A stretch of 64,000 nt of DNA from positions 5,248,001 to 5,312,000 of the forward strand of contig OZ244065.1 in assembly GCA_965215505.1 (NCBI GenBank), in the 5' to 3' direction. The notes under the pieces were generated by a model. The model searched no databases and was not told where the DNA came from. It was given only the letters and a program-made list of their open reading frames with translations. Shown here piece after piece: positions 21,124-30,822 of the stretch (its first letter is position 1; each line of letters starts with the position of its first letter). A program made the position numbers and the translations under genes. This stretch comes from Capsulimonadaceae bacterium. Lineage in GTDB: Bacteria > Armatimonadota > Armatimonadia > Armatimonadales > Capsulimonadaceae.

Positions 21124-21610
21124 TTGTATGACCTCAAACCGTCCCGTTCCACAACTTGCTTGATCGTCGCCAGCGTCCGCCCCGCAATCGCATGGACGAA
21201 CTGATCCCCACCATGTCCCGCGCGAACCAGCCGTTCAGGAAGCCAAAAGAGTAGGTCAGGTCATGGCCGATCGTGACCTTGACGCCGCGCCCCCAGGGGT
21301 CGTCTTCCAGCGACCAGACCACCCACATCCCCGTCGCGACCCCGGCCGTATGCTTGAAATAGATGCGCCCCGCGCCCGGCTCGCAGACCTGAACGCTGCG
21401 CCAGCGCACGGGGAATGTGAGGCCCGGCAGGGGGAAGTCGGCCCGCCCGGCGGCCATTTCCACGACCTTGCGACTGCCGTCGTCCGTCCGCTCGAAGACG
21501 ATCACCTCCCGGTAGTGCGGCAGCAGGGTCGGCCAGTCCTGGATGTCGGCGGCGAGTTGGAAGATGCGTGACTTCGGCCCGCGCATATAAACGGTGTTCT
21601 CGGTGTGCAT
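21120..21610 (-). CDS. SRPBCC/START polyketide cyclase-like protein with an apparent 1-nt frameshift near the 3' end
   Basis: IFQLAADIQDWPTLLPHYR motif; one more G in the run at 21206-21209 gives the tail GDQFVHAIAGRTLATIKQVVE...* ending at 21120 (ORF-track stop is 21134). Confidence 0.8.
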
Positions 21611-21613
21611 GGT

Positions 21614-22831
21614 TTACAGAGAGGGCAGGGCGAGGCGGAGCGTGGAACAAGAGAACAGATCGGCGGGCCTTGCCAGGTCGCCGACTGTCCGCAGCAGCAC
21701 CTCCGTCAGAGGCTCGGATCGCCGCAGCCGCCCCGAAGCCCAGCCCAGCAGGACAGGGGAATGGACGACGCGCTGCACGGCGTCACACAGCCGGTAGCGC
21801 GGCAGCAGCTCGGCCCGCCGTGCGGCGTCGTAGCTCTGAAGGCAGCGGCGGCTGACATCGCCACGCGCCAGCGCCGCACCGATGGTCCGGGCCGCGAGCT
21901 GCGCCCCGCGCAAGGCGAAGAAAACCCCCTCGCCGGTGAAGGGGCTGATAAAGGTCGCCGCGTCGCCGACCAGAGCCGCGCCGTCGTCCGAGGCGCGCGT
22001 CGTCCAATGGCCGAAGCAGCCGACGCTCCGCAAAGGGCCGGCGGGGGCGGCCTCCCGGACCCACTCCCAGACTGCGGGGAAAGACACGCGCAGGCGCTCC
22101 TCGAAATATGCCTGACGCCGCCCCGCCATGCGCGCGGCCTCGGCCATGGGGACGACGATGTTGACGTTGCGCGTCCCCTCCGACCCGCAGGCCGCGCCGA
22201 CTCCGCAGCAGGCGTCGGACCGGTCACGCGGCAGGTGCATGGTGACGGAAGCATCCCAGGAGGCACTGTCGGCGTGGTAATGCATCACAAGCGCGAGCCG
22301 CTGGAGGCGCGGGATGGGCCGGACGACCCCCATCTCGCGCGCCAGCAGGGAGCGCGTCCCGTCCGCGCCGACCGTCACCTGGGCGCGGAACTCCTGTTCC
22401 GCACCGTCCGGGTGCAGCCCCACCGCCCCACAAATGCTGCCGCTGTGGCGCAGGATGCGTCGGACGTTGACGCCTTCAATGACGCGCGCCCCCGCCTCTT
22501 CCGCCGCGTCCCGCAGCACCTTGTCGGTGATGGTGCGCGGGCAGGCCAGGGCATCCGTCGGCCCGCTGAACGCCTTCGCCCGGTGGGGAACCACCGTCTC
22601 CCGCGTCAGCCGCGCCGCGCCGCCCGCCATCAGGCCGGGCAGGACGCCCAACTCGTCCCGCAGCAGGCCCACCGCGCCGGGCGTCAGGTACTCGCCGCAG
22701 GGCTTGTCGCGCGGGAAGGCCGCCCGGTCCAGCAAGGTGACGTCATAGCCCGCGCGGGCCAGGAAAAGGGCCGTGGCCGAACCCGCTGGCCCGGCCCCGA
22801 TCACGAGAACGTCTGAGGTGATGACGGACAA
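21614..22831 (-). CDS. FAD-dependent oxidoreductase (geranylgeranyl reductase/halogenase-like family)
   Basis: DVLVIGAGPAGS, FPRDKPCGE, VGADG, LVGDAA.FISPFTGEG. Confidence 0.9.
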   Translation of the reverse strand: MSVITSDVLVIGAGPAGSATALFLARAGYDVTLLDRAAFPRDKPCGEYLTPGAVGLLRDELGVLPGLMAGGAARLTRETVVPHRAKAFSGPTDALACPRTITDKVLRDAAEEAGARVIEGVNVRRILRHSGSICGAVGLHPDGAEQEFRAQVTVGADGTRSLLAREMGVVRPIPRLQRLALVMHYHADSASWDASVTMHLPRDRSDACCGVGAACGSEGTRNVNIVVPMAEAARMAGRRQAYFEERLRVSFPAVWEWVREAAPAGPLRSVGCFGHWTTRASDDGAALVGDAATFISPFTGEGVFFALRGAQLAARTIGAALARGDVSRRCLQSYDAARRAELLPRYRLCDAVQRVVHSPVLLGWASGRLRRSEPLTEVLLRTVGDLARPADLFSCSTLRLALPSL

Positions 22832-22870
22832 AAAGAACAGCCGATCTAAGCGCCGAGTGCTGCTATGGTT

Positions 22871-23590
22871 CTACCCGTTCTTGTCCTGGACTAAAGCGAC
22901 TCGGAAATACCAGTGCGCGTGTACCCGGACATTCGGGACGCCCGCCAGCCCGACCATCTTGCGGTACTCCGGCGGCGTGAAGGCGCGGCGGACGCTGGCG
23001 GGGGCATCGTGGCGGGTGAAGGGGTGGACGTTCAGGGCGGCCATGGAAGCCTGCACCCCCCAGAGGGTCGGGCGGTCGCGCCGCAGGTCGCTGACCACGA
23101 AGCCGCGCGTCGTGACCGCGTCCATGACGGACAGCAGCCGTGCGGACGCCTCGAAGCCGAGGTGGTGGAAAGCCAGCGCGCATAGCGCGAGGTGGAAGGA
23201 GCGCGGCGCGAAGGGCAGGGCCAGCGCGTCGGCCTGGACCAGAGACACGTCCGGCGCGGTTTCCCGCGCCATCCTTAACATCCCGGCGTGGTTGTCCACG
23301 GCAACAACCGTCAGGTCCAGGCCGCGCTTTTCGCCCCAGTCCAGCAGGGCGCGCGGGATGTCCCCCGACCCGGTGGCGATGTCCAGGATGCGGACGCTGC
23401 CCCCTGGGGGGACGTCCCGCAGAAGCCGGGCGACGTGATGAACGACCGTCTGCGTGCCGCCGAACAGCCGGTTCGTCAGCGCGACATCCCGCATGGAGCG
23501 TTCGAGTTCTGCGAACGGCTGGGCCGGGTCGTCAATGTCTTCCGGCTCATCCACGCGGGCAAGGGTCATCCACGACTCAAGCCACGACAT
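22871..23590 (-). CDS. Class I SAM-dependent methyltransferase-domain protein; start may be 23569
   Basis: E..DDP, NRLFGG, ILDIATGSGD, LAFHH, SDLRR, HDAPASVRRAFT. Confidence 0.85.
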   Translation of the reverse strand: MSWLESWMTLARVDEPEDIDDPAQPFAELERSMRDVALTNRLFGGTQTVVHHVARLLRDVPPGGSVRILDIATGSGDIPRALLDWGEKRGLDLTVVAVDNHAGMLRMARETAPDVSLVQADALALPFAPRSFHLALCALAFHHLGFEASARLLSVMDAVTTRGFVVSDLRRDRPTLWGVQASMAALNVHPFTRHDAPASVRRAFTPPEYRKMVGLAGVPNVRVHAHWYFRVALVQDKNG

Positions 23591-24872
23591 GCAAAGCCTC
23601 GGCCACGGCCTGCGCCGTCTCTTCCAGCAGGGCATCCGTGTGCGCCCCGCTGATGAACGCGGCCTCGAACTGCGATGGGGCGAAGTAAACGCCGCGTTCG
23701 AGCAAAGCGCGGAAGAAGGCCCCGTAACGCGCCGTGTCCGCCGTCTTGGCGCTCGCGAAGTCGATCACCTTGGCGTCGGTGAAGAACAGAGTCATCATCG
23801 AGCCGAGCCGGTTGATGCGGTGCGGGATGCCCAGCCGCGTCGCCGCCTCCTTGGTCCGGTGTGCCAGTGTGTGCATCCGGTGGTGCATGTCCGTGTACAG
23901 CGTCGCCTTCTGCTCATCCAGCATCGTGAGCTGCGCCAGACCCGCCGCCACGGCTAGAGGGTTCCCCGAAAGAGTCCCCGCCTGGTAGACCGGCCCGACC
24001 GGCGCGACCGTGTCCATGATGTCCGCCCGGCCCCCATAGGCGGCCAGCGGCAGGCCCCCGCCGATGATCTTGCCCAGCGCGGTCAGGTCCGGCGTGATGC
24101 CGAACAGCTCCTGCGCGCCGCCGTAGGCCAGCCGGAAGCCCGTGATCACCTCGTCGAACAGCAGAAGCGCCCCGTCCGCCCGCGTCAGGTCGCGCAGGGC
24201 GTGCAGGAAGTCCGCGCGGGGCGTCACCACGCCCATGTTGCCCGCCACGGGTTCCAGCATGACGCAGGCGACCTCGCCGCGGTGGGCCAGCATCGCCGCA
24301 CGCAAAGCCCCCGCGTCATTGTAGGGCAGAGTGAGCGTGTCCAGCGTGAGGTTCCTGGGGACGCCCGCCGAGTCCGGCAGATCAAACGTCGTCAGGCCCG
24401 ACCCCGCTTTCGCCAGAAACCCGTCCGAGTGCCCGTGATAGTTGCCTTCGAACTTGATGATCTTATCGCGCCTCGTGAAGCCGCGTGCCAGCCGGACCGC
24501 GCTCATCACGGCCTCCGTCCCCGAGCTGACCAGACGGACCTTCTCCACGGAAGGCACGGCGGCCACGATCTTCTGCGCCAGCCTGACCTCGGCTTCGGTG
24601 CTGGCCCCGAACGATGTCCCCCGTGCGGCAGCCTCCGTCACCGCCTGGATGATCCGGGGCGGCGCGTGGCCGAAGATCAAAGGCCCCCAGGACATCACAT
24701 GGTCAATGTAGCGGTTGCCGTCCACGTCGAAGATATACGGCCCCTCGCCGCGCTGCATGAACAGAGGGTCGCCGCCGACGCTTTTGAAGGCCCGGACGGG
24801 CGAATTGACGCCGCCGGGGATGACGCGCTGGGCCTCGGCGAAGAGCCGGGCGGAGTTTTTATGGGACTGCAT
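23577..24872 (-). CDS. hemL: Glutamate-1-semialdehyde 2,1-aminomutase
   Basis: IPGGVNSPVRAF, SSGTEA, FDEVITGFR, LGKIIGGGLP, YQAGTLSGNP. Confidence 0.97.
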   Translation of the reverse strand: MQSHKNSARLFAEAQRVIPGGVNSPVRAFKSVGGDPLFMQRGEGPYIFDVDGNRYIDHVMSWGPLIFGHAPPRIIQAVTEAAARGTSFGASTEAEVRLAQKIVAAVPSVEKVRLVSSGTEAVMSAVRLARGFTRRDKIIKFEGNYHGHSDGFLAKAGSGLTTFDLPDSAGVPRNLTLDTLTLPYNDAGALRAAMLAHRGEVACVMLEPVAGNMGVVTPRADFLHALRDLTRADGALLLFDEVITGFRLAYGGAQELFGITPDLTALGKIIGGGLPLAAYGGRADIMDTVAPVGPVYQAGTLSGNPLAVAAGLAQLTMLDEQKATLYTDMHHRMHTLAHRTKEAATRLGIPHRINRLGSMMTLFFTDAKVIDFASAKTADTARYGAFFRALLERGVYFAPSQFEAAFISGAHTDALLEETAQAVAEALHVVA

Positions 24873-25060
24873 GGGCTGAGTTTTCTAACCGACTTCTGTG
24901 GGGGCCGCAGGAATCGGGATGTTCGGCTGGCGATGACGTGTTCCCGTTCCACTCGCCGCCGGCACCTTGAGTGTTGTGCGGGGCCTCCGTGCCATGATGG
25001 CTACAGTATACCCGCCTTCCGTGTCACTCCGCCATGCCCGCCCTCGTCACACCGGCCGCT

Positions 25061-25087
25061 TCAAAAAGAGGCGCGTCCTGCCGATAT
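25061..25087 (+). promoter_or_regulatory. Sigma-28-type promoter, likely leaderless
   Basis: TCAA-15 nt-GCCGATAT, 7 nt before ATG 25095. Confidence 0.65.
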
Positions 25088-25094
25088 ATCTAAC

Positions 25095-27224
25095 ATGCCG
25101 CCGTCCCGTCCGCACACCTGGGTTAGAACGGGTGTTACCCTCACGCTCGCGTTCCACGCCTGCTATGCCGCCTGGCTCCTGATGCCGCTGCCCAGACACG
25201 TCCTCCTCCTCGGTGACGACGCGCTGGAAACGGCGGGTGCCCTGCTCGCGACCCTGTTCTGCTTCTGCGGCGGACTTTGGAAGTCGAGAACACAGGGGCA
25301 GCCGCGCCGGATTGCTTTGTTCTGCGGCCTGGGCCTGTTCTGTTACGCCTTCCAGCAGGTGTACATCATTTACCCGGACTTCGCGCACCGCCGCGCCCCG
25401 GTTTCGCGCCTGACTGCCGACGTGGTTTCCCTCGCCACTTATCCGCTCCTGCTGCTCGGGATCTGGCGGCTGCCCCGGCGGCCACTCTCCTTGTCCTCAC
25501 ACCTGCGTATCTCACTCGACGGACTGATGATCATCACCGCCGCCCTGACCTTCAGCTGGTATTTCTTGATGGGGCCTGCGGTGCTGATGGGGCATCAGAA
25601 TCTGGAAGGGAAAATCATCAGCGTCGCCTACCCACTGGCGGACCTGCTGCTCATCGCCTGTCTCCTGCTCCTCGGGGACGGCATGAAAAGCCTGCGCCCC
25701 GTGGTGACCCTGTTCTCGGCGGGCCTCCTCAGCGTGGTCACGTCGGACTGCGTCTTCGGCTACCGCCTGCTGCACGGCCTGTGGCAAAACGGCTCGCTGC
25801 TGGACATCGGCTGGTCGCTCGGCTTTATGCCCATCGGAGCGGCCGCCGCCGCCGCCCAGAGAATGCCGGCTGAGGCCGCCGAGGAAGGGCCGGAATACGC
25901 GCCCGCCCTCTGGAAGTCGCTCCTCCCTTATGCGATCCTGCCATGCGTGGCCGTCCTCATCCTCTACACGCAGCACGCGCCGGGGCGCGCGCTGCTGCGC
26001 CACGGCGTCCTGTGGGGCGGGCTGGCCCTGGTCGGCCTGGTCCTCGCACGCCAGGTGCTGGCGATCTTGGAGAACCGGGAGTTGAACGGGCGGCTCCAGT
26101 CGCTGGCGACGACGGACCCGCTGACCGGCCTAGTCAACCACCGCGTTTTCCACAAGCGTCTGGCCGAAGAGGCCGAGCGCGCACGCCTGGAGGGCCGGCC
26201 CGTCGCCGTGGTGGTGCTTGACTTAGACAACTTTAAGTTCTTCAACGACGCATACGGCCACGCCGTCGGGGACGATGTCCTGCGCCGCGTCGCCGCCGCC
26301 CTCACGGCTTGTACTCGTTCTTATGACACAGTCGCACGCTTCGGAGGGGATGAGTTCGCCCTGGTGATGCCGCAAGGGCAGGGGGGGGAGAGATCGGTTT
26401 CCGCTCAGGAGCTGCACGCACACATCGCGGAGCGGCTGGGGGACCTTTCCTACCTGCCGTTGGGCGGCGAGACGCCGATCCCCCTGACGGTGTCGCTCGG
26501 GATCGCGCTCTTCCCCGATGACGCCGACACGCACTTTGAAGCCCTCGAGATCGCCGACACGCGCCTGCGACACTCCAAGACCGGCGCGACGGACCGGCCC
26601 GTGGACGCCCTCTGCCGGGACCTGACTCACTCCGTCACCGGGTTCGCCATGCTCAACGCGCTCGTCACGGCGGTGGACAACAAAGACCGGTACACACGCC
26701 GTCACTCCGAGGACGTTCTGGCTCACAGCCTCCTGATCGCTGATCAGTTGGGGCTGGATGCGGAAACAAGGCACACGCTCCAGGTCGCCGCCCTGCTGCA
26801 CGATGTCGGCAAGATCGGCGTCCCCGACGCGGTCCTGCGGAAGCCTGGGAGGCTCAACGAGGAGGAGTACGAGGCTATCCGGCAGCACCCTATGATGGGC
26901 GCAGTGATCGTCGGGGCCGTGCCCGGATTCGAGTACACGCTGGACGTGGTACGGCACCACCACGAGCGCTGGGACGGCATGGGCTACCCCTTCGGCCTGC
27001 ATGGCGAGGAGACGCCGCTCCTCGCCCGCCTGGTCGCGGTCGCCGACGCCTTCTCGGCTATGACCATGGACCGCCCCTATCGGAAAGGGATGGACCGGGA
27101 GAAGGCACTCTCCGTGCTGGAAACAGGGGCTGGGACACAGTGGGACCCCAATTGTGTCCGGGCACTGTTGCACTGCCATCGCTCGGCGGAAGACAGGCTG
27201 GAGCCGGTGGCGCGCGCCGCCTGA
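25095..27224 (+). CDS. Membrane-bound diguanylate cyclase (GGDEF) / HD-GYP phosphodiesterase
   Basis: About nine TM helices; DLDNFK.FND.YGH, RSYD I-site, GGDEF; HDVGKIG, HHERWDGMGYP. Confidence 0.93.
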   Translation: MPPSRPHTWVRTGVTLTLAFHACYAAWLLMPLPRHVLLLGDDALETAGALLATLFCFCGGLWKSRTQGQPRRIALFCGLGLFCYAFQQVYIIYPDFAHRRAPVSRLTADVVSLATYPLLLLGIWRLPRRPLSLSSHLRISLDGLMIITAALTFSWYFLMGPAVLMGHQNLEGKIISVAYPLADLLLIACLLLLGDGMKSLRPVVTLFSAGLLSVVTSDCVFGYRLLHGLWQNGSLLDIGWSLGFMPIGAAAAAAQRMPAEAAEEGPEYAPALWKSLLPYAILPCVAVLILYTQHAPGRALLRHGVLWGGLALVGLVLARQVLAILENRELNGRLQSLATTDPLTGLVNHRVFHKRLAEEAERARLEGRPVAVVVLDLDNFKFFNDAYGHAVGDDVLRRVAAALTACTRSYDTVARFGGDEFALVMPQGQGGERSVSAQELHAHIAERLGDLSYLPLGGETPIPLTVSLGIALFPDDADTHFEALEIADTRLRHSKTGATDRPVDALCRDLTHSVTGFAMLNALVTAVDNKDRYTRRHSEDVLAHSLLIADQLGLDAETRHTLQVAALLHDVGKIGVPDAVLRKPGRLNEEEYEAIRQHPMMGAVIVGAVPGFEYTLDVVRHHHERWDGMGYPFGLHGEETPLLARLVAVADAFSAMTMDRPYRKGMDREKALSVLETGAGTQWDPNCVRALLHCHRSAEDRLEPVARAA

Positions 27225-27269
27225 CTCCCAAAAAAATAATTTTCAGCAGGCAGGCAGAAATACCGGATT

Positions 27270-27285
27270 TGGCATGCTTTGTGCA
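27270..27285 (+). promoter_or_regulatory. Sigma-54 (-24/-12) promoter
   Basis: TGGCATGCTTTGTGCA matches TGGCACG-N4-TTGCW spacing. Confidence 0.6.
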
Positions 27286-27336
27286 GTGTTGGAAAGTGAG
27301 CTGATGTTGGGCTGATCACACCACAGGAGAGTTAGA

Positions 27337-28143
27337 ATGATCAACACGAAGCGCACTTCTACCCTCGCCGCAGCCGCCTTGGGCCTGCTGTGTTTTGCCC
27401 TGCCCCCCGCACGGGCCGCCGGCCCCGTGATCTACGGCGGCGGCGCGGGTGCCACCGATCCGACGGCGGGACCCGGCCAGGCGCACCCCAACACGGACGC
27501 CGCCCGCGGCCAGTTCGATGCCGCCGCCTCCGGCTTCGGCACACTGACCCAACTCACGTTCGAGCCGGTGGCGCTTAACGCCACGAACTTCACGACCAAC
27601 GGAGTCACCATCACCGGGGCCAACAATGCCGGCGGCGTCTCCAATTCAAGCAGCACGATCACCGGCTTCAACACCACGGCGGGCGGCTCGAAGTTCCTAC
27701 AGCTGTTTGCCAACAACTCCTCGGCTGCCGTAACGGAGACGTTCACCTTCAGCAATGCCAGCCCAATCACGGCCTTCGGCGCGACCTTCACCGGCGTCGG
27801 CACAGCCTCCGGCTCCACGCTGATCACGTTCAACGATGGCACAACCCAATCCGTAAATCTGCTCGGAAGCTCGCTGGGCGGCACCCTCTTCTTTGGCTTT
27901 ACCGATGCGAACCCCGCTACGTCCATCAAGTCGGTGACGCTGGGCGTCTATCCGGTCAATGGCGGCACCATTGGCGACATCATCGGCGTAGACGACGTGC
28001 TGCTCTATAACGGCGTGCCCAGTACGCCGACGATCGGGGCCGTGCCGGAGCCGTCCGAAACCGCCACGCTGGCGCTCGGCGGCGTCATGCTCGGCGGCCT
28101 GGTCCTGCTGGCCCGCAAGCGCCGCACGGCGCGTGCCTTCTGA
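27337..28143 (+). CDS. PEP-CTERM sorting domain protein
   Basis: Signal peptide; C-terminal VPEPS, TM helix, RKRR. Confidence 0.92.
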   Translation: MINTKRTSTLAAAALGLLCFALPPARAAGPVIYGGGAGATDPTAGPGQAHPNTDAARGQFDAAASGFGTLTQLTFEPVALNATNFTTNGVTITGANNAGGVSNSSSTITGFNTTAGGSKFLQLFANNSSAAVTETFTFSNASPITAFGATFTGVGTASGSTLITFNDGTTQSVNLLGSSLGGTLFFGFTDANPATSIKSVTLGVYPVNGGTIGDIIGVDDVLLYNGVPSTPTIGAVPEPSETATLALGGVMLGGLVLLARKRRTARAF

Positions 28144-28167
28144 GACGCGACCCGCCCAAAAACGAGG

Positions 28168-28197
28168 AGGCCCCGGCGCGTTGCGCCGGGGCCTTTT
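28168..28197. terminator. Intrinsic terminator between convergent genes
   Basis: AGGCCCCGGCGC-gtt-GCGCCGGGGCCT followed by TTT. Confidence 0.75.
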
Positions 28198-28208
28198 CTG
28201 ACTGCGTC

Positions 28209-29666
28209 TCACACCCGCTCCACCAGCCCCAGCCCGGCGTCTATCAACTCCTGCACCTTTGCCTGCGTGGACGACTCGGCGTAGACGCGCACCACGGGTT
28301 CAGTCCCCGACGCTCTGAGGAGCAGCCAAGCGTCGTTCTCGAACAGGAACTTGGTGCCGTCCGTCCGGTCTATCTTCAGCACCTTCAGCCCGGCGATCTC
28401 GTCCGGGTTGTCCTCTTTGAGCGACTGGACGACGGCGGGCATCTTGGCCGGGTCCGGGTGCAGGTCCACGCGCTGGTACTCGTGCGGGCCGAACTCCGCC
28501 ATCAACTCGGCGATCTGCTCCTCCAGCCGCTTCTTCCGGGTCGCCATCGTTTCCAGCAGCAGCAGGGACATCAGGGGGCCGTCGCGCTCCGGGATAAAAC
28601 CCTGGACGCCGATGCCCCCGGACTCCTCGCCGCCGATCAGCACGTCCTCTTTCAGCATCCAGTCGCAGATGTTCTTGAAGCCGATGGGGACGACGTGCAG
28701 GGCCAGCCCGTACTTGGCGCACAGCTTGTCGATCAGCGTGGTCGTCGAAACCGTCTTGACGACGCTCCCGTGCTGGCCCTTGTCCTCGTAAAGATGCCGC
28801 AGGAGGAGGGCAAAGATGCGGTGGCTGTCCACGAAATTGCCGTCCGCATCCATCGCGCCCACCCGGTCGGCGTCGCCGTCAACCGCCAGCCCTATGTCGG
28901 CCCGGCTCGCCAGAACGGCCTCCTTGAGCGGGCCGAGGTTCTGCGCAATGGGTTCCGGATTGATGCCGCCGAAGAACGGGTTCCGGTCCCGGCAAATCTC
29001 CTCGATCTCAACCCCCGCGCCGCGCAGGATGTCCGAAAGGTAGCCGCTTCCGCTGCCGTGCATCGGGTCGGCTACGATCTTGAACCCGCCGCCGGCGATC
29101 TTCTCCAGGTCCACCATCCCGCGCAGACCGTCGAAGTAGGCGGGACGCAGGTCCCGCGTCTCGACTTTGCCCGCCGCGTCGGAGGCCACATCCACGGTAA
29201 ACCGCCCCTTGTCAAGCAGCGCGTTCAGCTCCTTGACGATCTCATCCACCATGCTCGGCAGGGCCGACCCGCCGTAGCCGGCCTTGATCTTCAGCCCGTT
29301 GAATTGCGGCGGGTTGTGCGAGGCGGTGATCATGATCCCGCCCTTGGCGTTCGCCTTGTGCGCGTTGTAGGAAATGGAAGGCGAGGAGCAGGACTGAGCC
29401 GACAGCACCGCCTTCAGCCCAGAGTTCGCGGCCACCTTCGCGGCCTCGACGGCAAAATACTCCGACTGCGAGCGGTTGTCGTAGCCGACAAACAGAACCG
29501 GCTCGCCAGGGACATCGGGCCGCAGGAAGTAGTTGACGACGGCCTGCGAAACCAGCCGGACGTTCGCGCCGGTGAAATTGTCGGCGATGATGCCGCGCCA
29601 GCCGTCGGTCCCGAACGAAATCTGCTGCCGGAGCGCCGCCGCCTGCTGGTCCTGTTCTTCGGTCAT
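28209..29666 (-). CDS. Phosphoglucomutase/phosphomannomutase
   Basis: FGTDGWRG, ITASHNP, DGDADR, GGEESGG, RASGTEP. Confidence 0.95.
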   Translation of the reverse strand: MTEEQDQQAAALRQQISFGTDGWRGIIADNFTGANVRLVSQAVVNYFLRPDVPGEPVLFVGYDNRSQSEYFAVEAAKVAANSGLKAVLSAQSCSSPSISYNAHKANAKGGIMITASHNPPQFNGLKIKAGYGGSALPSMVDEIVKELNALLDKGRFTVDVASDAAGKVETRDLRPAYFDGLRGMVDLEKIAGGGFKIVADPMHGSGSGYLSDILRGAGVEIEEICRDRNPFFGGINPEPIAQNLGPLKEAVLASRADIGLAVDGDADRVGAMDADGNFVDSHRIFALLLRHLYEDKGQHGSVVKTVSTTTLIDKLCAKYGLALHVVPIGFKNICDWMLKEDVLIGGEESGGIGVQGFIPERDGPLMSLLLLETMATRKKRLEEQIAELMAEFGPHEYQRVDLHPDPAKMPAVVQSLKEDNPDEIAGLKVLKIDRTDGTKFLFENDAWLLLRASGTEPVVRVYAESSTQAKVQELIDAGLGLVERV

Positions 29667-29693
29667 TGCTGTGTGATCTCTCTTGAAGCGTTT

Positions 29694-30794
29694 CTATTCC
29701 AATGTTTGCAGCGCCTGATGCGCCAGATGAACGGACAGCACCGACTCGGCCCCCTGGTTGACGTTCAGGCCGTGTTCCGTGAGGGCGTCCGCCACCCCGC
29801 CCGTTTTGGAGTCGTACACCGGCAGGGCATGGAGGTTTTTGCCCTCGTACCAGCCGAAGGCATCCCAGGCTGCCTGCCGGAAACGGGCTTCGCCGGTCGC
29901 GTGCCAGGCCTCGACGCAGCACTCCACCAGCGCGCCCGCGTCCACCGGCTGCTGGTCGAAGCGCGCGGGCGACTCATCGGTCCGCAGGAACCAGCCGCGC
30001 GTGGTCAGGCGCGCGTTTCCCACCGGGTCGTGCCCGCCCTGGGCATTGCGCGTCTTCTTCAGCAGGAAGTCCAGCGACTCGGCGGCGATCCGCGCATACC
30101 TCGGCTCTCCGGGGAAGAGGCGCGCAGCGGCGAAGAGGGCCTGGGGCAATCGGGCGTTGCAGTACGTCATGCCTTCTTCAAACCAGTGCCACGCCGCATC
30201 CGCATTTGTCTCATAAGAAGCGACAAGGACGTCCGCCGCCTCTTTGATACGCGCATCATCGAGCCGGGCGGCGGCCAGGCCCAGGATGACGAAGGCGTGG
30301 GCGCGCAGATACCACGGGTTCAGCCCACTGATGGCGGGCAGCGAGCGGCGCAGCAGCGTCTCGGCCACAGGACGCGGCGCGAACGGTGCATCCACAGCAT
30401 GGGCGACTCCCAAGCCCCAAAAGGTGCGACCGAACGAGTCGTCGCTCCCGACCGAGTCCAGCCAGCGGCCGTTCGCATCACAGAAATTGTGGTAGCGGCC
30501 CGCACCCCCGCCCTCCACGATGGCCGCTTTCTCAATAAACCGGAAGCAGGCCCGCGCCAACCGCTCGGAGAACAGCGGCTCGACGCCCTGCTCCCAGTAA
30601 CGCAGCCCGACGATCAGGCCGCGCGCCTCGTCGTCAATGGAATACCCGTGGCGCTCGTGGGGGCGGCACCCCTCCGCGTGCTGCCACAGGCCGATGTCGG
30701 TCAGCAGGCAGTCCAAGTGCCCGAAGTTCGGTGGGGCCGCATCCCGCTCCGGTGCGGGCTGCGGGCGACTCACTCGGTCAAACTGCATTGTCAT
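29694..30794 (-). CDS. Six-hairpin (alpha/alpha) glycosidase-like protein associated with a GT4
   Basis: G..QHA, GYSIDDEAR, SDDSFGR..WGLG, WFE..MTYCNARLP, FDQQPVD, NQGAES motifs. Confidence 0.8.
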   Translation of the reverse strand: MTMQFDRVSRPQPAPERDAAPPNFGHLDCLLTDIGLWQHAEGCRPHERHGYSIDDEARGLIVGLRYWEQGVEPLFSERLARACFRFIEKAAIVEGGGAGRYHNFCDANGRWLDSVGSDDSFGRTFWGLGVAHAVDAPFAPRPVAETLLRRSLPAISGLNPWYLRAHAFVILGLAAARLDDARIKEAADVLVASYETNADAAWHWFEEGMTYCNARLPQALFAAARLFPGEPRYARIAAESLDFLLKKTRNAQGGHDPVGNARLTTRGWFLRTDESPARFDQQPVDAGALVECCVEAWHATGEARFRQAAWDAFGWYEGKNLHALPVYDSKTGGVADALTEHGLNVNQGAESVLSVHLAHQALQTLE

Positions 30795-30822
30795 GGCACG
30801 TCTCCTTGGGCCTTCCCCTGTT

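Noticed and set aside
24201-25094. 5' extension of the GGDEF/HD-GYP ORF
   Set aside because: Overlaps hemL antisense; the promoter-proximal ATG at 25095 fits better
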